Positions 26,044 to 30,696 of a stretch of DNA of 30,696 nucleotides are shown in pieces (the first letter of the stretch is position 1; each line of letters starts with the position of its first letter). The stretch is from NCBI GenBank assembly GCA_964588985.1, contig CAZPQW010000033.1, positions 1-30,696 of the forward strand. Reading direction: 5' to 3'. Source of the DNA: an uncultured Solirubrobacteraceae bacterium (GTDB lineage Bacteria; Actinomycetota; Thermoleophilia; Solirubrobacterales; Solirubrobacteraceae). The position numbers and the translations under genes are program-made. The notes beneath the pieces are model-generated. The model did no database searches. It saw only the letters and a list, made by a program, of their open reading frames with translations, and had not been told where the DNA came from.

Positions 26044-28480
26044 GCAGCTCGCCTCCGATCTCGGCGAGCGTGGCGACGATCTTCTCGCGCACGGGCGCGA
26101 TGTCCTCGTCGGTGAGCGTGCGCTCGAGCGAGCGGAACGACAGCGCGAGCGCGAGCGAGCGGCGGCCCTCCCCCACCTGCTTGCCCTCGTAGACGTCGAA
26201 GATCTCCGCCCTGTCGAGCATCTCCCCCGCGGCTTTGCGCACCGCGTGCTCCACTTCGCGGGCCGTCACGGCGACGGGCAGCGTGACCGCGAGGTCCTGG
26301 CGCAGCACGGGAAAGGCGCCAAAGGGACGGAAGGCGGCCACCTCGGGGGCGACCACGGCGAGCTTGCCGAGGTCGATCGCGAAGGCGGCGGTGCGCTCGA
26401 GGTCCCACTCGCCCGCGACGAGCGGGTGGACCTCGCCGAGGAAGCCGAGCGTCACGGGCTGTCCGTCGGGATCGCGCGCGAGCACGGCGGCGCTGCGTCC
26501 GGGGTGCAGGAACGGCCACTGCGCCTCGCGCACGGACCAGTGCAGCCCGAAGCGGTCGAGCAGCGCCGCGAGCAGCGCCTTGGCGGCGAAGAAGTCGGCC
26601 TCTGCGGGCTGGCCGCGCCAGGAGCGGGGCGAGAGCGCGCCGCTCAGCAGCACTCCGAGGCCGTGGTGCTCGTCCGCGAGCGAGGTGTGGGCGGGGTCCT
26701 CGTCGAGGGCGCGGTAGACGGTGCCGGACTCGAAGATCGCGACGTCGGGGCCGTTGCGGGCGACGTTGTGCCGGGCGGCGTCGAGCAGCGACCCGAGCAG
26801 CGTGGGGCGCATGATCGACTGGCCGTCGGAGAGCGGGTTTTCGAGCGCGACCACGCGGCGCATCTCGTGCTCTGCGGGCAGGCGCAGCCGGTCGAGCAGC
26901 GCCGGTTCGGTGAAGCTCCAGCCGACGATCTCGTGCAGGCCGCGTCCGACCATCGCGTCCTCGGCCAAGCGGCGTACGCGCTGGGCGTGCGTGAGCTTTC
27001 CGGCCGCTCCGCGGCGGGCGGGCAGTGTGGCGGGCAGGTTTTCGAGGCCGTCGATCCTTGCGACCTCCTCGATCAGGTCGATCTCGCGGGTGACGTCCTG
27101 GCGGCGCAGCGCGGGGACGGTCACGTCGAGGCCGTCATCGGCGGGCTGTGTGGCGAAGTCGAGCGCGTTCAGGATCTCCGCCTGTCGGGCGGCGGGGACG
27201 GACACGCCGAGGATCGCGCTCACGCGCGCCTCGCGCAGGCGGATCGCCTGCGGCTCCTGCTCCTCCCAGCCGACGTCGATCGTGCCGGGCGTGACGCTCG
27301 CGCCGCACAGCTCGACCATCAGCTGGGTGGCGACGGCCTGTGCGTGCATGCACTGCTCGGGCTGCAGTCCCTTCTCGAAGCGTCCGGAGGCCTCGCTGCG
27401 CAGGCCGAGCGCCCACGAGGCTCGGTGGATGTTGGGTCCGTTCCAGGTGGCGACCTCGAGCAGCACGCGGGTCGTATCCGGCTGCACCTCCGAGCGCGCG
27501 CCGCCCATCAGCCCGGCGATCGACGTCGGGCCGTCGGCGTCCTCGATCAGGACCATCTCGCCGTCGAGCGTGCGCGTCTGCCCGTCGAGCGTCTCCACCT
27601 GCTCGTTCTCGTGCGCGCGGCGCACGGTGAGCGTGGCGCCGGCGACGCGGTCGAGGTCGAATGCGTGCAGCGGCTGGCCGGTGAGCAGCATGGCGTAGTT
27701 GGTGATGTCGACCACGTTGTTGATCGTGCGCTGCCCGGCCGCGGTGAGGCGTGCTTTCAGCCACGGCGGCGAGGGCGCGATGGTGACGTTGTCGAACACG
27801 CGCGCGGTGAATCGTGGGCACAGGTCGGGGCACTCGACGCGCACCTGCGCGCCCGCGACCTCGCCAGCCGAGCCGGGGTCATCGCTCCAGGGCGCGGCGG
27901 CCAGCGGCGCGCTCGTGGCTGCGTGCAGCTCGCGTGCGACGCCGTAGATGCCGAGGCAGTCGGGGCGGTTGGGCGTGATCTCGAGCTCGACGACGTCCAT
28001 CGAGATCGGCAGCACTTCCGCGAGCGGCGTGCCGGGCGCCAGCTCCGCGTCGAGCGTGAGGCCGTCGAGGACGAGAATGCCGTCACTGCCGGCCCCGATC
28101 TCCAGCTCGGTCTCGGAGCAGATCATGCCTTCCGAGGGGATGCCCCTGAGCTTGCGCTTCTCGATCTTCATGCCGCCGGGCATGACCGCGCCGGGCAGCG
28201 CGACCGCGACGGTCTGCCCAGCCGCGACGTTGGGCGCGCCGCACACGATGCTAGCCGGCTCATCGCCGCCGACGTCGACCGTGCACGCCTTGAGCTTGTC
28301 CGCGTCAGGGTGCTTCTCGGCGCTCAGCACCCGTCCCACGACGAACCCCTCGGTGGAGGCCACGCCGTGGTGGTGGATCGCCTCGACCTTCGTGCCGCTC
28401 ATCGTCAGCCGCTCCTCGATCGCGCCCACGTCGAGGTCCGGGTCGCAGTATTCGCGCAGCCATGGCAGCGGGACTCTCAT
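26036..28480 (-). CDS. pheT: Phenylalanine--tRNA ligase beta subunit
   Basis: MRVPLPWLREY, HPDADKL, IVCGAPN, SEGMICS, ITPNRPDC, VDITNY, GQPLHAFD, RFEKG, EEVARI.G, HPGRSA, FDX-ACB C-terminus; ATG overlaps pheS stop. Confidence 0.98.
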   Translation of the reverse strand: MRVPLPWLREYCDPDLDVGAIEERLTMSGTKVEAIHHHGVASTEGFVVGRVLSAEKHPDADKLKACTVDVGGDEPASIVCGAPNVAAGQTVAVALPGAVMPGGMKIEKRKLRGIPSEGMICSETELEIGAGSDGILVLDGLTLDAELAPGTPLAEVLPISMDVVELEITPNRPDCLGIYGVARELHAATSAPLAAAPWSDDPGSAGEVAGAQVRVECPDLCPRFTARVFDNVTIAPSPPWLKARLTAAGQRTINNVVDITNYAMLLTGQPLHAFDLDRVAGATLTVRRAHENEQVETLDGQTRTLDGEMVLIEDADGPTSIAGLMGGARSEVQPDTTRVLLEVATWNGPNIHRASWALGLRSEASGRFEKGLQPEQCMHAQAVATQLMVELCGASVTPGTIDVGWEEQEPQAIRLREARVSAILGVSVPAARQAEILNALDFATQPADDGLDVTVPALRRQDVTREIDLIEEVARIDGLENLPATLPARRGAAGKLTHAQRVRRLAEDAMVGRGLHEIVGWSFTEPALLDRLRLPAEHEMRRVVALENPLSDGQSIMRPTLLGSLLDAARHNVARNGPDVAIFESGTVYRALDEDPAHTSLADEHHGLGVLLSGALSPRSWRGQPAEADFFAAKALLAALLDRFGLHWSVREAQWPFLHPGRSAAVLARDPDGQPVTLGFLGEVHPLVAGEWDLERTAAFAIDLGKLAVVAPEVAAFRPFGAFPVLRQDLAVTLPVAVTAREVEHAVRKAAGEMLDRAEIFDVYEGKQVGEGRRSLALALSFRSLERTLTDEDIAPVREKIVATLAEIGGELRG

Positions 28481-29544
28481 CCGAACTGCTCCAAGAACCG
28501 CAGGTCGTTCTCGTAGTAGAGCCTGAGGTCGGGGATGCCGTGCTTGAGCATCGCGATCCGCTCCACGCCGAGTCCCCACGCGAACCCCTGAACCTTCTCG
28601 GGGTCGTAGCCGGGGGCGTTGGCGTCGGTGGTGGGGACGTGGGAGTAGACGTTCGGGTCGACCTCGCCCGCACCGAGCACCTCGAGCCAGCCCTCGCCCT
28701 TGCACAGGTAGCAGCGCGCGCCGTCCTTGAGAAAGCCCTTGCCGTCGCAGTGGAAGCACGACACGTCGATCTCGACGCTCGGCTCGGTGAAGGGGAAGAA
28801 GTGCGGACGCAACCTGATGTCTCGCTCGTCTCCGAACACCGCGCGCGCGAACGCGAGCAGAGTGCCCTTGAGGTCGGCGAGCGTGATGTCCTCGTCGACC
28901 GCGAGCCCCTCGATCTGGTGGAACTGCGGCGTGTGGGTCGCGTCGGAGTCCGGGCGGTAGACACGGCCCGGGATCACCACGTACAGCGGCGGCGGGTGCG
29001 CCTCCATCGCGCGCACCTGCATCGGCGAGGTATGCGTGCGCAGGACCGCGTCCGGCGATACGTAGAACGTGTCGGTGCGCGCCCGCGCGGGGTGCGTGGG
29101 GCTGTGGTTGAGCGCGTCGAAGTTGTAGTGCACGCTCTCCACCTCGGGGCCCTCCATGACGGTGAAGCCGAGGCCGAGGAAGATGTCTTCGAGCTCGCGC
29201 CGCGTGGCGGTGAGCACGTGCAGCCGCCCGATCGGCTGCGGCGGCGCCCCGGGCAGCGTGACGTCGACCTTGTCGGCGTGCAGGCTGGCGTCGAGCTCGC
29301 GCGCGGAGAGCTCGCCGGCGCGCGCGTCGATCAGCGCCTCGAGAGCCTGGCGCGCCTGGTTGGCGGCCTTGCCGACGGCGCCGCGCTCGGCCGGGTCGAG
29401 GTTCGCGACCTCGCGCAGCATCTGCGGCAGCTCGGCCTTGCGCCCGAGGTAGCGCACGCGCAGCTCCTCGAGCGCGGCGCTCGAGTCGGCGGCGGAGATC
29501 GCCGCCTGCCCCTCCGCGTGAAGCTGTTGGATGCGATCGATCAT
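28477..29544 (-). CDS. pheS: Phenylalanine--tRNA ligase alpha subunit
   Basis: NFDALN....HPAR...DTFY, LRTHTSPMQ, GRVYR, HTPQFHQIEG, FFPFTEPS, GFAWGLGVERIAML. Confidence 0.98.
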   Translation of the reverse strand: MIDRIQQLHAEGQAAISAADSSAALEELRVRYLGRKAELPQMLREVANLDPAERGAVGKAANQARQALEALIDARAGELSARELDASLHADKVDVTLPGAPPQPIGRLHVLTATRRELEDIFLGLGFTVMEGPEVESVHYNFDALNHSPTHPARARTDTFYVSPDAVLRTHTSPMQVRAMEAHPPPLYVVIPGRVYRPDSDATHTPQFHQIEGLAVDEDITLADLKGTLLAFARAVFGDERDIRLRPHFFPFTEPSVEIDVSCFHCDGKGFLKDGARCYLCKGEGWLEVLGAGEVDPNVYSHVPTTDANAPGYDPEKVQGFAWGLGVERIAMLKHGIPDLRLYYENDLRFLEQFG

Positions 29545-30278
29545 GACGCGGGGACCCTAGACGGTCGACGGGTCATCTCATACAGCGCCACCGTCGCCGC
29601 CATCGCCGCATTCAATGACTCCGAGGCGATCGGGATGCGCGCGCTGCGCTCGCACGCGGCCACAACGTCGGCGGGCAGCCCCTCGCGCTCGGCGCCCACG
29701 AGCAGCGTCACCGCCGCATCCGCGGCGTCGTCGAGCGGTCCGCTCAGGGTCTCTGATGCGTCGGCGATCAACGCGATGCGCTCGCCCGGAAGCTCGCTCA
29801 CGTCCTTCACGCGCGCGAGCGCGACGGTGAAGATCGCGCCCATGCTCGCGCGCACCGCCTTCGGCCCGTAGGGGTCGGCGCAGTGCGGTCCGAGCACGAC
29901 GCAAGAGGCACCGAACGCGAGCGCCGAGCGCAGCACCGTGCCGACGTTGCCAGGGTCGCGCACGCCGTGCAGGTACACGCACAGCGGCCCCACCGCCGAA
30001 CTCCAGCGCTGCTCGTACACGCCCATCACGCGCGTGCCCGAGCCCAGCGTTGAGGCCCGAGCGAGCACGGAGTGCTCTACATCAAAGAAGTTCTCGCCCC
30101 CGAGACCCGAGCCCGCGAGGCGAAAGCCCTCGACCGGCTTGCACCCGGCCTGCTCGGCTGCCGTCACGAGGTCCTCGCCCTCGACCACGAAGCGGCCGTC
30201 CGCGGCGCGTCCGCGCTTGGTCTGCAGGCGGCGCAGGGCCTTGAGCTTGGGGTTGTGGGTGGAGGCGATGGTGGTCAT
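29541..30278 (-). CDS. TrmH/SpoU-family RNA 2'-O-methyltransferase (TsnR-like)
   Basis: NP..K, FVVEG, VRDPGNVGTVLRSA.AFG, KAVRASMG, GAEREGL, ESLNAAMAA; conserved position between rplT and pheS. Confidence 0.95.
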   Translation of the reverse strand: MTTIASTHNPKLKALRRLQTKRGRAADGRFVVEGEDLVTAAEQAGCKPVEGFRLAGSGLGGENFFDVEHSVLARASTLGSGTRVMGVYEQRWSSAVGPLCVYLHGVRDPGNVGTVLRSALAFGASCVVLGPHCADPYGPKAVRASMGAIFTVALARVKDVSELPGERIALIADASETLSGPLDDAADAAVTLLVGAEREGLPADVVAACERSARIPIASESLNAAMAATVALYEMTRRPSRVPAS

Positions 30279-30313
30279 CTGATTGCTCGTGTGGCGGTTT
30301 GGGTTTGTGCAAC

Positions 30314-30346
30314 AAAAAAGGCGCCGTCCCTTTCAGGAGCGACGCC
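30314..30346 (-). terminator. Intrinsic terminator after rplT
   Basis: GGCGTCGCTCCT-GAA-AGGGACGGCGCC hairpin followed by TTTTTT on the minus strand. Confidence 0.85.
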
Positions 30347-30382
30347 CGGGAGGCTGTCGAGTCGAATGCCTGGTCCCCGGAG

Positions 30383-30696
30383 CTACGGGGTTGCGGCAGC
30401 CGACGCCTCGCGGGCGACCTCGGCGATACGTCGGAATGCCTCGGCGTCGCGCACGGCGATGTCCGCGAGCACCTTGCGGTCGAGCTCGATGCCGGCCAGC
30501 TTGAGGCCGTGCATGAACTGCGAGTAGTTCATCCCGTTGACGTGCGCCGCGGCGTTGATGCGCGTGATCCACAGCCTGCGGAAGTCGCGCTTGCGGTTGC
30601 GCCGGTCGCGGTAGGCGTATTTGTCGGCCTTGAGCAGGGCCTCCTTGGCGCGCTTGTAGTTCGAGTGCGCCTCGCCGCGGAAGCCCTTCGTCAGCT
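30383..30696 (-). CDS. rplT: 50S ribosomal protein L20 (partial, start beyond window)
   Basis: Manual translation: KGFRG...[25 protein letters not shown]...[25 protein letters not shown]; TAG at 30383. Confidence 0.98.
   Translation of the reverse strand, partial: LTKGFRGEAHSNYKRAKEALLKADKYAYRDRRNRKRDFRRLWITRINAAAHVNGMNYSQFMHGLKLAGIELDRKVLADIAVRDAEAFRRIAEVAREASAAATP

Noticed and set aside
25910-28516. 868-aa plus-strand ORF antisense to pheT (and similar long antisense ORFs over folD, HDOD-LuxR, dnaE, pheS and arg genes)
   Set aside because: Shadow ORFs expected from high GC3 codon bias; no recognisable motifs; fully overlap well-supported genes
28690-28760. CxxCxGxG...CxxCxGxG insert in PheS
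   Set aside because: A zinc-ribbon-like insert at this position is common in bacterial PheS; not novel
29545-30382. T-box or attenuator upstream of pheS
   Set aside because: pheS overlaps the methyltransferase stop, leaving no leader; the only terminator-like hairpin is the rplT terminator

Overview
High-GC actinobacterial chromosome segment; gene content, gene order and protein style suggest Thermoleophilia/Solirubrobacterales (inference). All supported genes are on the minus strand except nfo. In transcription order: rplT (partial), TrmH-family methyltransferase, pheS, pheT, argC, argJ, argB, argD, a GNAT, argG, a small membrane protein, a coiled-coil protein, dnaE, then a small islet (KcsA-like channel, small hydrophobic protein, CsbD), nfo (+), gltX, an HDOD-LuxR fusion, a CymR-like Rrf2 regulator, a Cys/His-rich lipoprotein, hicAB, cysK, an SGNH hydrolase, cysE, pcrA, folD, two paralogous 4-TM proteins, gatC and gatA (partial). 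The window is mostly housekeeping; I see no transposase, phage, CRISPR, rRNA or tRNA. The most unusual items are: (1) a KcsA-fold channel whose TVGYGD filter is replaced in register by TVSSQI; (2) an HDOD-LuxR fusion regulator behind tandem sigma-28-like promoters with a structured leader; (3) a Cys-free CymR-like regulator with a candidate CysK-docking C-terminus, plus an 11-3-11 inverted repeat; (4) an AT3-rich codon patch starting at helicase motif III of pcrA; (5) many leaderless or short-leader TANNNT promoters. All homology calls are by eye; no searches were run.
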